The notes: generated by a model from the letters alone, not told the origin. Counted from the whole stretch's first letter, positions 12,374 through 24,966 are shown. The stretch is DNA of 63,791 bases, filler included, from Phoronis australis (GCA_002633005.1; 7 parts of 7 records of this genome joined end to end with filler, not necessarily neighbours in it), one strand, 5' to 3'. A program made the numbers and translations.

Positions 12374-13412
12374 CTAGAATCGAAAATTGATTCAGAACTT
12401 TCCTTTTTCAATGCTGCACTCCCATAACAAGTGAACTGAGTAAGCGGACTATTTAATACGCTTTTGTGTTTTTACCATGACCAAAACGACGTCACTAATG
12501 TTTTGATTGAAATTTAATTCCTGCAAACCTCTGTTACTCACAATGAAGTGCAGTTTATTACGCTCAACGGAAGATAGTTTTTGGTGTGTTTTGCCATAGG
12601 AAATTCCCGTGCCCTATCTGTAAATTGCTACGGGTATGCCCGTCATTCTCAAGCTTGACTAGGACAATTAGAGGGGCCAAAAGTAAGCGACGTGTACTTG
12701 GGGCTTTCATGATTTAGGCACATAACCAAGGTCAAAATCTGTAAACCATTTTGAGAACACTTGCATTAATTGTTTGAAACTGACGTGGTCCCTCAAGAGT
12801 TTCTGCCGGTTTGATGCATACCGGTAATTCGTTGCTTATCACATCTTCTTGACGTTAAAAGCATAAGATTGTGAACTTCGTATCAGCACGTTTTTGCATC
12901 ACAGAATCGGGCTTGACAGATGCCAATTTTTTAAAGCGGACACGAACTAACCTTTTCTCACAATTGTTTTTATTTTCGACCACCCACTGTTATGGAATTC
13001 TTCTCAAATATGGATTTGAAATGAGCTTGGGAAGAACTGACAGTTCGTTATTGTCAATTTATTCACTGAAACAATCTCGAGCAATTACGAGTTGTCAGAT
13101 ATTTGCACTTTGAGACCAATTTCATCACGAAAAGTGATTTTCTTCGAGGGCATTGTCATCTCAAATACAGTCGACCGCGTTCTCTCTAGTGTGCGGAGTA
13201 CAGATTATGTGATCACTGTACACTAGAAGAACACCATGGAGAATAAGCGCTATTGAACGTTCTCCTTAATTTTGGGACCAGAAAAAGCTTCCCTCGAATT
13301 TGTAGAAAAACTTAGGCCAACTTAGACCTGTGACATGTGACAAACGTGATGTGTCACTTTCTTCGATTGTCACTTGGCTGAAATGACCTACAGTGCGCTC
13401 TTATAACCCTAC

Positions 13413-13563
13413 CTTTTGGGCAATGCGACCAGTGTCCGTAATTTCCGAATTGACCAACTTCTTTCTCTTCAAGATAATTCTTTACGTTAAAGCTGGAGTC
13501 AGCCTTTATTTCTCTACAGCCAAATCGTATCCCGTTCACAGCAGTGTCGTCTACCATCCAGCC
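13413..13563 (-). CDS. VMO1: VMO1-like, penultimate exon
   Basis: Acceptor tttcttttcaag|. Encodes GWMVDDTAVNGIRFGCREIKADSSFNVKNYLEEKEVGQFGNYGHWSHCPK. Donor G|gtaggg. Phases 0-1 fit the neighbouring exons. Confidence 0.92.
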
Positions 13564-14347
13564 CTTGAAAAGAAATTCAGAATTATATTTATTGTGGAGG
13601 AAAAGGGGAAAAAAATACCGGACTCCGATTGTTTGGATTACGTCTCTTGTTTCTGCCCTAAAGATGGCTAAAAAAATTCGTCTAGTGATTTTAAATGTTT
13701 TCGAACATGCAAATTTAATTGCTGTTGTCGATTATTTGTTTACTTAAATAGGTGGCCCAATAAAATAAATAATCAGCTTAGGATCAAAATTTTCTGTCTG
13801 CATCAAACTCGAAGTAATGCAGGGCATTTCCGTTGCTGTATTGTACGACTTCAAGAAGGGTGCCTAACACTACATGTACCTGTGCCCCTTTTCATGAAAT
13901 CTTGACAAGGACCTAAGGTCCCGTCCTTGCGTTGGAGTTTTCAAATTCAAAAACGTATTTTATTTAGGAATACGCGTTCCGTTATTACGAGCCTATTGAA
14001 AATGGCAACCAAAACGCAACTCTTTGAAAGCGGCTCTCCTAAAGCGTGGATTTTTTAATTTTGTGTTCACCGATCTCGAGTTAACTTTTCGAAAACGCTG
14101 GCGCCACTACTGTTAGAGCTGTTAAAGTTCTCACCCGGATGTAAAACATTTCAAAACACAAACAGAAGATTATGCATTCGGTGGTATCAGCATATTCGGC
14201 AGAAACAAAATGAAAACTATCGTAAGAATGGACATTTTTGGAATGCGAAGAAACAGTTAGTTGGGTTTTGAAATAAAGAAGTTGCATTTTCGAAAAAAAA
14301 TAGTTAAAAAAAAATAGTTCTGGCTGCGGATTTGCCATATATTTTAC

Positions 14348-14559
14348 CTGATCTGGCTCAACTTTCAGACTGAAACTGGTCAGATATTCACTGTCCTTGC
14401 AGTAATGCCAGCCTGTCCAGTGGCCCCATTGACCGTAACCGGACTCTACGTATCCACCGTGCATTCGGCGGTCATTCTCGAAGGCACAGATGAGTTGTAT
14501 GGCGTTGATGCCCGTGTCGTCGCCAGCTGATTGGTACGTTTCAACCTTTACGCGGAAAC
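14348..14559 (-). CDS. VMO1: VMO1-like internal exon (upstream exons lost at the contig break at 14598)
   Basis: Acceptor aaaatttag|. Encodes GFRVKVETYQSAGDDTGINAIQLICAFENDRRMHGGYVESGYGQWGHWTGWHYCKDSEYLTSFSLKVEPDQ. Donor |gtaaaa. Confidence 0.93.
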
Positions 14560-14597
14560 CTAAATTTTGGAGGCATAATAGTAACACGAAAACTTTT

Positions 14598-14697
14598 NNN
14601 NNNNNNNNNNNNNNNNNNNNNNNNNNNNNNNNNNNNNNNNNTTAATTAATTAANNNNNNNNNNNNNNNNNNNNNNNNNNNNNNNNNNNNNNNNNNNN
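14598..14697. other. Artificial 100-bp contig linker N44-TTAATTAATTAA-N44 (also at 24564, 44845, 56185, 58880, 61783)
   Basis: The same structure occurs six times, and the 12-mer gives stop codons in all six frames. Confidence 0.95.
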
Positions 14698-15995
14698 AGT
14701 TTAGGCCAGTGGAGGCCAGTTGAGGCCACTGGAGGCCAGTGGAGGCGTGTGGAAGCCAGTGGAGGCGTGTGGAGGCGAGTGGAGGCCAATGTATCCGCTG
14801 GAGTGGGGTAGAGGGCAGTGGAGACCACTGGAGGCCCGTGCAGGCTGTTGGAGACCGTTGGAGGCCAACGGAGGACAGCTGTGGCCAGTGCAAGGGAATG
14901 GAGGCCACTGGACGCCAGTGGAGATTGGAATAAGGCTGTGGAGGCCAGCACAATTCAATAGAGGTCAGCAAAAGACAGCGGAGGCAGTGGAGTCCAGGGG
15001 ATGTAGGCGGAGGCCAGCGGAGGCCACGGGAGCCCAGTGTAGGCTACTGGAGGCCACTGGAGGCCAGTCGAGTCCAGTGGAGGCCAGAGGAGGTCTGCAG
15101 ATCCCAAGGTGGCCAGCGGATATAGGCGGAGGCCGGCGGAGGCCTCGGGAGCCCAGTGGAGGGTACGTGATGCCACTGGAGGCCACTGGAGGCCAGCGGA
15201 GTCCAGCGGAGTCCAGCGGAGGTTTGCAGAGGCCAGGGAGGCCAGCCGATACCAGAAGAGGCCAGCGGCAGATACTAGAGACCGGTGGAGGCGCCGGAAA
15301 GCCCGTGGAGGCCATTGAAAGCGAGAAGAAGCGAGTGTCGGCCAATGAAGACCTGTGGAGGCGAGTAGACGCCAGTTGAGGCCATTGGAGGCCAGTGAAG
15401 ACCAATGGTGGCCAGTGGAGTCCAGTGGAATCCAGTGGAGGCCAGTGGAGGCCAGTGGAGGCCAGTGGTGGCCAGTGAAAACCAGTGGAGGCCAGTAGAG
15501 GCCAGTGGAGGCCAGTGGAGGCCAGTGGAAGCCATTGGAGGCCAGTGGAAGCCACTGGAGGCTAGTGGAAGCCAGTAAAGGCCAGTGGAGAACGGTGGAG
15601 GCCAGGGGAGGGCTTTGGAGGCCAATGCAGGCCAGTGGAGGCCATTGGAGATCGGTGAAGACCATTGGAGACCAGTGGAGTCAAGTGGAGGGCAGTGGAC
15701 TGCAGTGGAGGCCAGTAGATGCCAGTGGAGTCTATTTGAGGCCGGTGGAGGCCAGCGTAGGCCAGCAGAAGCCAGTTGAGGCCAGCGGAGGCCAGTGGAG
15801 GTCAGCAAAGGCAGCGGAAGCCAGCGGAGAGCAGTGGAGGCCACGGGAGCCTAGTGTAGGCTACTGGAGGCCACTTGAGACCAGTGGAGGCAATTGGAGG
15901 CCAGTGGGCGCCAGTGGAGGCCAGTAGAGGTCAGTGGAGGCCAGTGGAGGCTAGTAAAGACCAGTGGAGGCCAGTGGTGGCTTGTGGAGGTCTGT
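14698..15995. repeat. 10-bp minisatellite (GGAGGCCAGT)n, left block
   Basis: More than 100 degenerate copies; purest at ~15420-15560. Confidence 0.95.
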
Positions 15996-15997
15996 GT

Positions 15998-16790
15998 AAT
16001 TCGCGGTTTTTCGGGTTAGGGCAAAGTCGTGGAAAGTTTTATGCCGATTGACGAAACCTCAACCGTTGAAAGTCGGGTTTTTTTCTTTTCATCTACTGCG
16101 AGAAGGTCAGAGGGCCTAGGAATGGAAGAGCATCGATTTCAACGGTTGGATTTCCGGCAATAGACGTTTCAAATGAGCAAGCGGAATATCCAGGAAATTC
16201 GCGGTTTTTCGGGGTAGGGCAATGTCGTGCAAATGTTTGCGCCGATTTACAAAATTCAACCGTTGAAAGTTGAGTTTTCTCTTTGTCTACTGAGGGAGGA
16301 CCAAAGCAGCAAGGAATGGAAAGGCATTAAATTTTAACGGTTGAATTTCCGGTAATAGACGTTTCAAGTGAGCAAGCGGAATATCCGGGAAATTCGCGGT
16401 TTTTCAGGGTAGGGCAATGTCGTGCAAATGTTTGCGCCGATTTACAAAATTCAACCGTTGAAAGTTGAGTTTTCTCTTTGTCTACTGAGGGAGGGCCAGA
16501 GGACCTAGGAATGGAAGGTATCGATTTCTAACCGTTGGATTTCCGGCAATAGACGTTTCAATTGAGGAAGTGGAATCTCCGGAAAATTCGCGGTTTTTCG
16601 GGGTAGGGAAAAGTCATGCAAAGTCTTGCGTCGATTGGCGATAACTCCACCATTGAAGTCGGGTTTTTTTCTTTTTGTCTACTGAGGGAGGGCCAGAGGA
16701 CCTAGGAATGGAACAACATCGACTTTTAACGGTAGGATTTCCGGCAATAGACGTTTCAATTGAGGAGGCGGAATCTCCGGAAAATTCGCG
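15998..16790. repeat. ~196-bp satellite, 4 units, embedded in the 10-bp array
   Basis: aattcgcg anchor at 15998, 16196, 16391, 16585 and 16783 (spacings 198, 195, 194, 198). Confidence 0.92.
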
Positions 16791-17947
16791 ATCCGTGGAG
16801 GCCAATGAAGTCCAATGGAAACCAGTGGAGACCCGTGTTCGCGCAGAGGCCAATGGAGGCGAGTGGACGGCACTAGAAGCAAGTATAGGCCCTTGGAGGC
16901 CAGTGGAGCCAAGTGGAGGCCAGTCGTGGACAGTGGAGGAAACTGGAGGCCGGTGAATTCCAGAAGAGTCTAGCGAAGACCACTGGAGACCAGCTAAGAC
17001 CAGCGGAGGCTAGCGGAGGCCACTGGAGGCCAGTGGAGGCAAGTGGAGGCCAGTGGAGGACGCTGGAGGCCATTTAGGGCGAGTAGTAGCGGATGGAGTA
17101 TTGTGGAGGCCAGAGGAGGCCAGTGGAGGCCCAGGAGGACCGTGAAGGCCAGCAGAGGCCAGTGATGGCCAGTGGAGGCCACTGAAAGCCTGTGGAGGCA
17201 AGGAGAGGGCAGTGATGGCTAATGGAGACCATTGGAGGCCAGCAGAGCCCAGCGAGGGTCAGCAAAGGCCAGCGGAGGTCACTGTAGGCCAGTGGAGGCC
17301 AGTTTAGGCCAGTGGAGGGCAGTGGAGGCCACTGTTGACCAGTGGGGTCCAGTAGATGCCTGTGGACTCCACTGGAGGCCAGTGAAGGCCAGTTGAGGCC
17401 AGTGGAGGTCAGCAGAGGGCAGCGGAAGAAGGCGGAGGCCAATGGAGTACAGCGGCTGTAGGCGGAGGCCAGCGGAGGCCGTCACCGGAGCCCAGTGGAG
17501 GCTACTGGAGGTCACTGGAGGCCAGTGGATGCCAGAGGAAGTGAGTGGGGGCCAATGGACACCTGTGGAGGCAAGTAGAAGCCTGTTGAAGCCAGTGAAG
17601 TCCAGAGGAAACCAGTGGAGATCGTGTTCATCCGTGGAGGCCAATAGAGGCTAGTCGAGGGCAGTAGAAACGAGTGTAGGCCAGTGGAGGCCGCTGGAGC
17701 CCAGTGGGGGCTACTGGAAGCCACTGGAGGCCAGTGGAGGCCACAGGAGGCCAGCGGAGGCCAGATGAGGTCAGCGGAGGCTAGCGGGGGATACTGGAGG
17801 CCACTTAGAGGCGACTGGAGGCTCGTGGAGGCCAGTGGAGGCTAGCGGAGACCAGTGGAGGCCAGTGGATGCCAGTAAAAGCGAGTGGAGGCCAATGGAG
17901 ACCATTGGAGGCAAGTAGACGTCAGTGGAGGCTAGTGGAGACCAGTG
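16791..17947. repeat. 10-bp minisatellite (GGAGGCCAGT)n, right block
   Basis: Same unit and orientation as the left block. Confidence 0.95.
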
Positions 17948-18514
17948 AAAATGTCGAGCGTTCGTAGCTGATAAAAATATTTGCAGCATAGTGTACTTTT
18001 TTCACAGGCGTTCGAATCGCATACGAGAGAACCATGGTGACAACTTATAGAGAGAGAAACACGAGAGAAGTTGATAAACATACTGAGTTTATTATACGCT
18101 AAATGTAAAATACAAAGCTATACAAACTTACAACACATCATTAGCTTCCGTCGTCATTGTACCCTCACTAAGTTTGGAACGGTTCCCAAATCGCCTAAGT
18201 CAGTTCCCAAAGTTGAGTAATGAAAAGTTTGTAAATTAAAGTAAAAGCTAAAAGTCGAGAAGTTGAGACTCTAACCCGATAGTAGCGAGACCCAATAGAG
18301 TTAAAAAGTTGAGATTTTTACCAGATAGAAACGAAACCCGGTAGAATCCGAAGTTTGAGCGTGAGGTGCCCATTTTTAAAGGCGTATTCGCACTGCGAAA
18401 TTAGGGGACTCAAGTTAAACGTAAAAACCAATCAAAATACAAAGTGAAAATTTCGCCATCGGAAGTGCCAAATAAGGAATTGACCATCTTAAACCCCTCT
18501 AAAATATACGGGCA

Positions 18515-20871
18515 AATCACAATTAAGGTCTATATTCGGTGGCCACTTTTGGTGAAAAATGAAGGTTTTAACATAACTGTAAAAGCTAATTTATTATAAA
18601 GTACCATCATTTCAGGTTTATAATCTAAAATATTTTTGCACAAGAACCACCAAATAAAATTTTATGGCCTAATGCATCACACTTGTATGTAAGGGTACGT
18701 ACACTACAACTTGCGGTCTAAGCCCGCTTCTATCATGCAAAAATTCATAAGGTAGCTGTTAATTTAATAGGTTTTTGATCAAATTGAAGAAGTATCACAT
18801 ACTAAAGTAAAAAAAATTATTACCGTGCTGATCAAGTTCCTCTAGATGATCATTACATTGCTTATCTTAACACAGTATAGTGAGAACTTCTTTTCTTGCA
18901 ATATTATCCTTACAAAAGGAAAATGATAAGTATCTACTTTTTTCAAAAACTTTATTGGTGCTTTTTGCCTAGTTTTCAACACATTCACAAGTTGGTCAAA
19001 ATAGTTAAAGCAATGCTAGGCCCAGTACTCAACTTCTAAACAATAAAAAATGGTACTGGTTGGGGGGTACGTGCACTACGCACAGTCAATCAATGTCAAA
19101 TTTTGACTAAGTTATAAGTGTATGGGATGATCTCGAGTTTTGTGCTGCTTCTACTAGATGTTTTGTTGCAAGTTGTCTTGAGAAACAGAGAACATGACTC
19201 TGCAACATCAGTTGTCAAATGACGTGTCTTCCAGGATGTTACTAGCCAAGTCCTGTGCTGCATTTTATTGCCCACAAATTTGATAATGTGCCATTGTTTT
19301 TCATTGTTTTATTTTTGTCAGACTAGATGCATTTTGGAAACATCAGAATTGTTCATGAGAATAGCTGCTGCAGTATTTAAAAATACATATGTGGGCAATA
19401 CTTTATGGCACAGAGGTTGAAAGTACGTACACTGCACAGGGGTACGTACACTACATTTTAATGACTTGTCAGGTCTAGGTTTATAAAAAATACTTAGAAT
19501 CTACTGAAAGTTAGTTCATATACCAAATCAACTCAAAGAGAACAAATAAAAGGTACAGCATACATGTGCATATCTGTCTGTCATTCTTTGAAAACAAGCA
19601 CACGTTAAATTTAGGGTTACGTACACTACACAAATGCTAATACTTCACTTAAAACAAATGTATTTGTAATTAACACCCTTTTAAGCTATCATTTTTAATG
19701 GAGGGAACTGTCTGTGACAAATATTGCTTACTTACCGTGTAATATGTTTGTTTCATGGTATTTGTTCACATCGGGGTACGTACACTAAACAGGGGTACGT
19801 ACAATACATTTTAATGACGTGTCAGGTTTGTAACTAAATACTAAGAATGTACTGAGAGTTAGTCTATTTACTGAATCAATACAAAGAGAAAAAAATTAAA
19901 AGCACAGCATTCATGTGCATATCTTCCATACTTTTAAAATAGGCACAAATTAAAATATAGAGATACGTACACTACACGAATGCTAATATTTCACTCAAAA
20001 CAAATGTATTTGCAATAAACATCCTTTTAACCTAACAATTTTAAGAAAGGAAACTGTCTATGACCAATGTTGCTCACTTACCAGGTGATATTTTTATTTC
20101 ATTGTATTTGTAAACATGGGGGTAGGTACACTACAGGGGGGGGGACGTACACTACATCACTGTTTCTGCATCACGTGGTAACATAATGTTGTATGGCCAT
20201 TTATTTTTCTTTGATGATAATAAGCATGTTGTTTGTTAAAAGGTAACAATTTCATTTGCAATGACCATTTGTGTTACTGAATTCCACATGGGGGTACGTA
20301 CACTACATTTTTTTAGATTTTTTGGCTCATTTTCAACATAGCAGAACACAGTCAATATCCAAACTTTTGGTTGTGTTGCCTAGGCTAACATATTCTTCAG
20401 TTCTTTTTATTACAGAGTGTTTACTTTAGTTTTAAACCTTCTTTATAGTAGGTGAGGGTTAGAAACACAGAATTTACAAATTTCGTAACGAGTGCCTGTT
20501 TTATGATGAACACAACCATTTCTCAATGATCAACCACAACTTCATTAAGTGATTCTGAAAGTGACTCAAGTTATTCCCAGTCATATCTAAGCAGTTCCTT
20601 ACTTAATTGAATAAATTTCTTTTCTACTGTTGACACCTGAAAATTGTAATTTTTAAAATGGCCACTCGTAACGCTAAAAATGCATGAAATTCATAGACAA
20701 AAACATGCATAAATTTCTCAAACAATGGCCGATTTTGATGATTCTTTTTTAATTTGCACAACTAAATAACTCTATTCATATGAGATTCAGTTGGCGTTTG
20801 GTAAGTGACCAAAAAATTTATTTTAGAGCGTAACACTGTCAACTCTGGAATATGGTCCTTGATTGTGATTT
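18515..20871. mobile_element. ~2.35-kb non-autonomous DNA element with short imperfect TIRs and internal GGGGTACGTACACTACA motifs
   Basis: aaatcacaattaaggtctatattc is inverted relative to gaatatggtccttgattgtgattt. About 11 same-orientation copies of the motif, plus a ~350-bp internal tandem duplication (~19420-20160). Confidence 0.55.
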
Positions 20872-21439
20872 AGCATATAGTTATCAATACACTCTAGCTT
20901 CTGGTCTAACTGACGACTCGTCTTTACTCACGAGTCCATCAATAGACGGCGCTCCCGTCACATAGGTATCTATAAACCGCAGACTATTATCACAGGCACT
21001 TGGGGTTTATCGCAAATGACGTCACTCAATAATATAAGAAAACATAAAGGTTGGACACTTAAACTTTGCCAAGCCGAGGCTCCCAACTTCAACTGTCCAA
21101 AATCCAAATAAAATCTGCGTGCACCTCCCTCAGTCTGGTGTTGCATGAACCTTCGAAGCCTTATCTTTCCTAGATCCCATTAACCGTGCATGTTAAATGA
21201 GAGCACGTGACTGACTAGGTTTTAGCTAGGTCCTAGCGTAGGTCCTAGCGTCTACTGAACGCACTGGCACGCCAGTCTCCTCCACAGACCCAAGTTATCC
21301 GTGACGTCATCTTGTGAGGCCCGGGAACCAGGTTAGGAGCAGACGAGACAACGACATTTGTAAGGTTGGTAGGTCTGTGATTTGATTTGGTAGCGTTTTT
21401 TGACTTAATTGCAAAAAACTGAGAAAAGCCAACCGAGCT

Positions 21440-21594
21440 CACTGGCGGATTTAGAGGGAGGGGGGAAAGGGGTCATGGCATAAAATTCTCCCAGATTCCA
21501 TTTGGCAGTTCGAGGGTGCGAATGTCTGACGGGCAAAAGCCTGGTTAATAATTTGTCCTGGTCCCCCTAACTGAAAATCCTGGATACATCCCTG
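21440..21594. mobile_element. MITE with perfect 5-bp TSD (GAGCT)
   Basis: gagct|cactggcggattt...aaatcctggatacatccctg|gagct; same family as 55154-55312. Confidence 0.8.
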
Positions 21595-21927
21595 GAGCTA
21601 ACGCCAACGGCCCAACTCATTAACATTGGTCCTACAAGTCGGTGTTCATAACTCAATGTTCACATTGATTCGAGCTTGTGTATAAATAGGCATTACATTG
21701 CCCTGGATGCTTCAGCCCAGGCATACAGGCCCCCATACCAAAAGACAATGTTGGCCGCAAGCTTGCAGCAAACATGCCGCAAGCTTGCGGCAAACAATTT
21801 TGTTTGCAGCGAACCAGCCGCAAAGTTTGCAGGAGTTTGTTGCTACCTGCAACTCAGCCGCACACATTGCCGCAACCTTGCTGCAAACACTGAAGTTTGC
21901 AGGAATGTTGCGGCAAACTTGGTGATT

Positions 21928-22195
21928 GAAAAAGTTTTTGCGGGAAAGTTGCAGGAAACTTTATTGTTGAAAAGTGGTTTGCAGGAAAGTTGCAGGAAAC
22001 TTTATTGGTGAAAAAATGTTTGCGGGAAAGTTGCAGGAAACTTTATTGATGAAAAAGTGTTTGCGGGAAAGTTGCAGGAAACTTTATTGGTGAAAAAGTG
22101 TTTGCAGGAAAGTTGCAGGAAACTTTATTGGTGAAAAAGTGTTTGAGGGAAAGTTGCAGGAAACTTTATTGGTGAAAAGTGTTCTCAGGAATAGG
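21928..22195. repeat. 41-bp tandem repeat (~6.5 units) inside a TTGCxGCAA-rich repeat element
   Basis: Unit gaaaaagtgtttgcgggaaagttgcaggaaactttattggt; copies at 22051 and 22092 are 41 bp apart. Confidence 0.92.
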
Positions 22196-22799
22196 TGAAA
22201 AAGTGCTTGCACGAAATTTGCAGTAAACTTCAATGTTTAAAGTGTTAGCATTAATATTATGACAATGTTAGAAATTGTGAAATCATTTTTATTTTCTAAA
22301 TTTCAAAGAAACCTCAAATCCCAGAACCTAAGCAGGGCAGTTACTTATTTAAATTGCTTGCCTAAATGCGACCTATTGTTGGGTAAGTTACATTGTTAAA
22401 AATAGCACATGCTCAAAGATGACCAAATGCAACCTAAAACACTAGAGAATATAACTGCATCTGTATGTTCTTTGTTTTTTATTCAGTCACTATACTTAAC
22501 AAGTTTTCATTTTCCTTTCATACTGCTGTCAAAGTCAGTACAGCAAAATATTAAATGCAATTGCTTTAAAACAACAAAGACAGTGTTACGTGCATGTTGT
22601 GTAAACAAGCACAATAAATATCAATACAAACCATACACAAATATATGACCCAGTTTTACCAAATGTTCAAGTATTAGCATTTAGAGCAATTTGTACTTTT
22701 TTCCAACATGTGAAATTATCTCATAATCAGGTGGTAGCTGCCAGTCTGTAGCTACAGTAAAATTTTGTCTATTTCGGACAAAAATAATTGCCGAAAATT

Positions 22800-24012
22800 A
22801 CTCATTACTTGGCGGAATTCTTCGAATTCCGACAAGTATGTTGCTCTGTCGTCAAGTTTTTTTTTTTTTTTTTTGTTCGCACTCTACAGGTCGCAATTTT
22901 CGTCTGATTTTCACGAAATTTGCACACAACGTGTAGATCGGAAAGTCCTGGAAGCCTATTGTTTTTGGTCATGATCGGATACAAAATGGCGGACGTGGCG
23001 GCCATTTTGTATCCGATTTCACAGTCAAATGCTTGTAGAGGCCGCATTTTTCAACCTACATGATTGAAAATCGGTACGAATATACCAGAACGCATGTGCT
23101 ACAATTGTGCAGAAAATTGTTGACTTCCGGTTAAAGATGGCGGAAATATTGGACGTGGCGCATGCGCACCCCGAAATAGGGCTAAAAACGTTTTCTCCTG
23201 TAGAGGGCGCATTTGCAATCCAATCACTTTCAAACTGGTCACGTGTTCGTTGAGTTTAATAAGCTTTTATAAAAAATTTTTGAACCGGAAGTCACCTTCA
23301 AGATGGCGGCTGTGGGGCATGTTCACACGGTTTCAATCGCTCTGCTGTCGCATTTTTTATGGGAAGAGCAAATGACGTGAATTTTTGCATGTGGATTCCT
23401 TGAAGTATGGCCTTTCAAAAAGTCTGCGAGAGCGTATTTCTCAGACTTAACGTTTTCGAGTTATTTGACTTTGAATTTCAAAAAAAACGGCAAATTTTCA
23501 ATTTTCTCGAAAATTTTTTGGATTTTTGCTAAACTATCACATTAGATAGAGATTTAAACGGGCTTTCAGAGGATACTTTCCATTTTGCGCTACGACGTCT
23601 ACTTTTTGAATTATTCGAGATTTTCGGAAACCGTTGTCCCTATGCAAGCGCGCAAGTGGCTGGCTTTCAGTTAACTTTGTTTTGGTTATACCTAGTTGAC
23701 CCAGACTGATCCAGCCAGCACTGTCCTACTTTAAAGCATGGCTCGTCCGTCACGTTGCGCCATCTATTGTTCTTTATTGTTGTTGATTGTGTGCTCTCTA
23801 TTTGATTTTTTGCTAGTCACATGAATGTTATCGCGTTTGACAAACTACCACTTTAGATAGAGTTTTGAACGGGCTTTCAGATGATAATTTTCATTTTGCG
23901 CTACGACGTCTACTTTTTGAATTATTCGAGATTTTAGAATACCGTTGTTCTTTCGGTCACATGCAGCTGGCTGGCTTTCAGTTCACTTTGTTTTGATTAT
24001 GCCTAGTTGACC
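22800..24012 (+). mobile_element. Probable Helentron-associated (HINE/DINE-like) non-autonomous element
   Basis: 5' short inverted repeat (acttggcggaattc..gaattccgacaagt), a T-run, a gattttcacgaaatttg core, a hairpin at 22974-23017, and a tandem duplication 23530-23703 / 23843-24012. Family assignment is from architecture only. Confidence 0.45.
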
Positions 24013-24966
24013 CNCAGTCTACTGAATGGGTTATCATTGAACTTGTAGGCCTATGTTGAAATTTGCATTATTTCGACTATAGCGATACCATCCAATAACA
24101 TCATTCATTTATCTAAGGCATCAACCATAAATTATACCTTTCTATTCTACAATATTACCATGGTGTTGAAAAGAACAACTACAGAGGTTATCCAGTTATT
24201 ACCATACTAGTGGACGTTCTAAACACATTCTACTCCAGACTAATCTGCATTACAGCAATCGGAGGTGTTCCATAGGGTACATATGGGATGATCGCTAATG
24301 TTTTCATCCATGTTTGTTCGACCCAACCTTGAGATGCTGTGTACGCCATTTGTTCCGGTGTTTTCAACTCAAACTTGTTGCCTCGTAACCTCTGCACTGT
24401 CTCTGGCTTTCATCAAGTACATTATGTCACTCAATATTCACAAACCTAAAATATGAATGCCATTTCACTTTCCTCAAAAAGGCATTTGTGATAGCATTAT
24501 TAGAATCTCCATTACGTTTGAAGTCGAACTTTTGCTCTTCTGCTCATGTATGAACAGACAGTTNNNNNNNNNNNNNNNNNNNNNNNNNNNNNNNNNNNNN
24601 NNNNNNNTTAATTAATTAANNNNNNNNNNNNNNNNNNNNNNNNNNNNNNNNNNNNNNNNNNNNTTTGGATAATACTTCAGGAATCAAGGAAAATGCTTGA
24701 TCTTTAGAGGAAAAAACAAAATTTCACAGCCTCCCCCCATTCGGTGCTATGCTCATCTACAATCGTGGTTTGCGCAAATGCTTACAGGCAAAATGTTGCC
24801 CCTTCTTGTGATATCCTAGATCCGCCACTGAAGCGTTTGCAACGGAGGAACATCGTGTTTTTTGCAACAGCCTATCCATGGTGTCTGTTAAGCGTTTCAG
24901 AGATGTTAGTGGAGTTATCATTGGGAAAAACAAGAGCAAGTGTCTGCGTTGAGAGCTGTTGGAGAA

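Noticed and set aside
14642-17989. Many long ORFs with LHWPPLASTG / VEASGGQWRP repeats
   Set aside because: They are translations of a 10-bp satellite that gives the same peptide in all frames of a strand, with scattered stops and no splice structure.
18036-21058. Possible reverse-orientation solo LTR interrupted by the 2.35-kb element
   Set aside because: Only a TG start and an early TTTATT were seen; no TSD or partner LTR was found.
18690-22195. CRISPR-like appearance of the 17-bp motif array and the 41-bp repeats
   Set aside because: No regular unique spacers, no cas genes, eukaryotic context.
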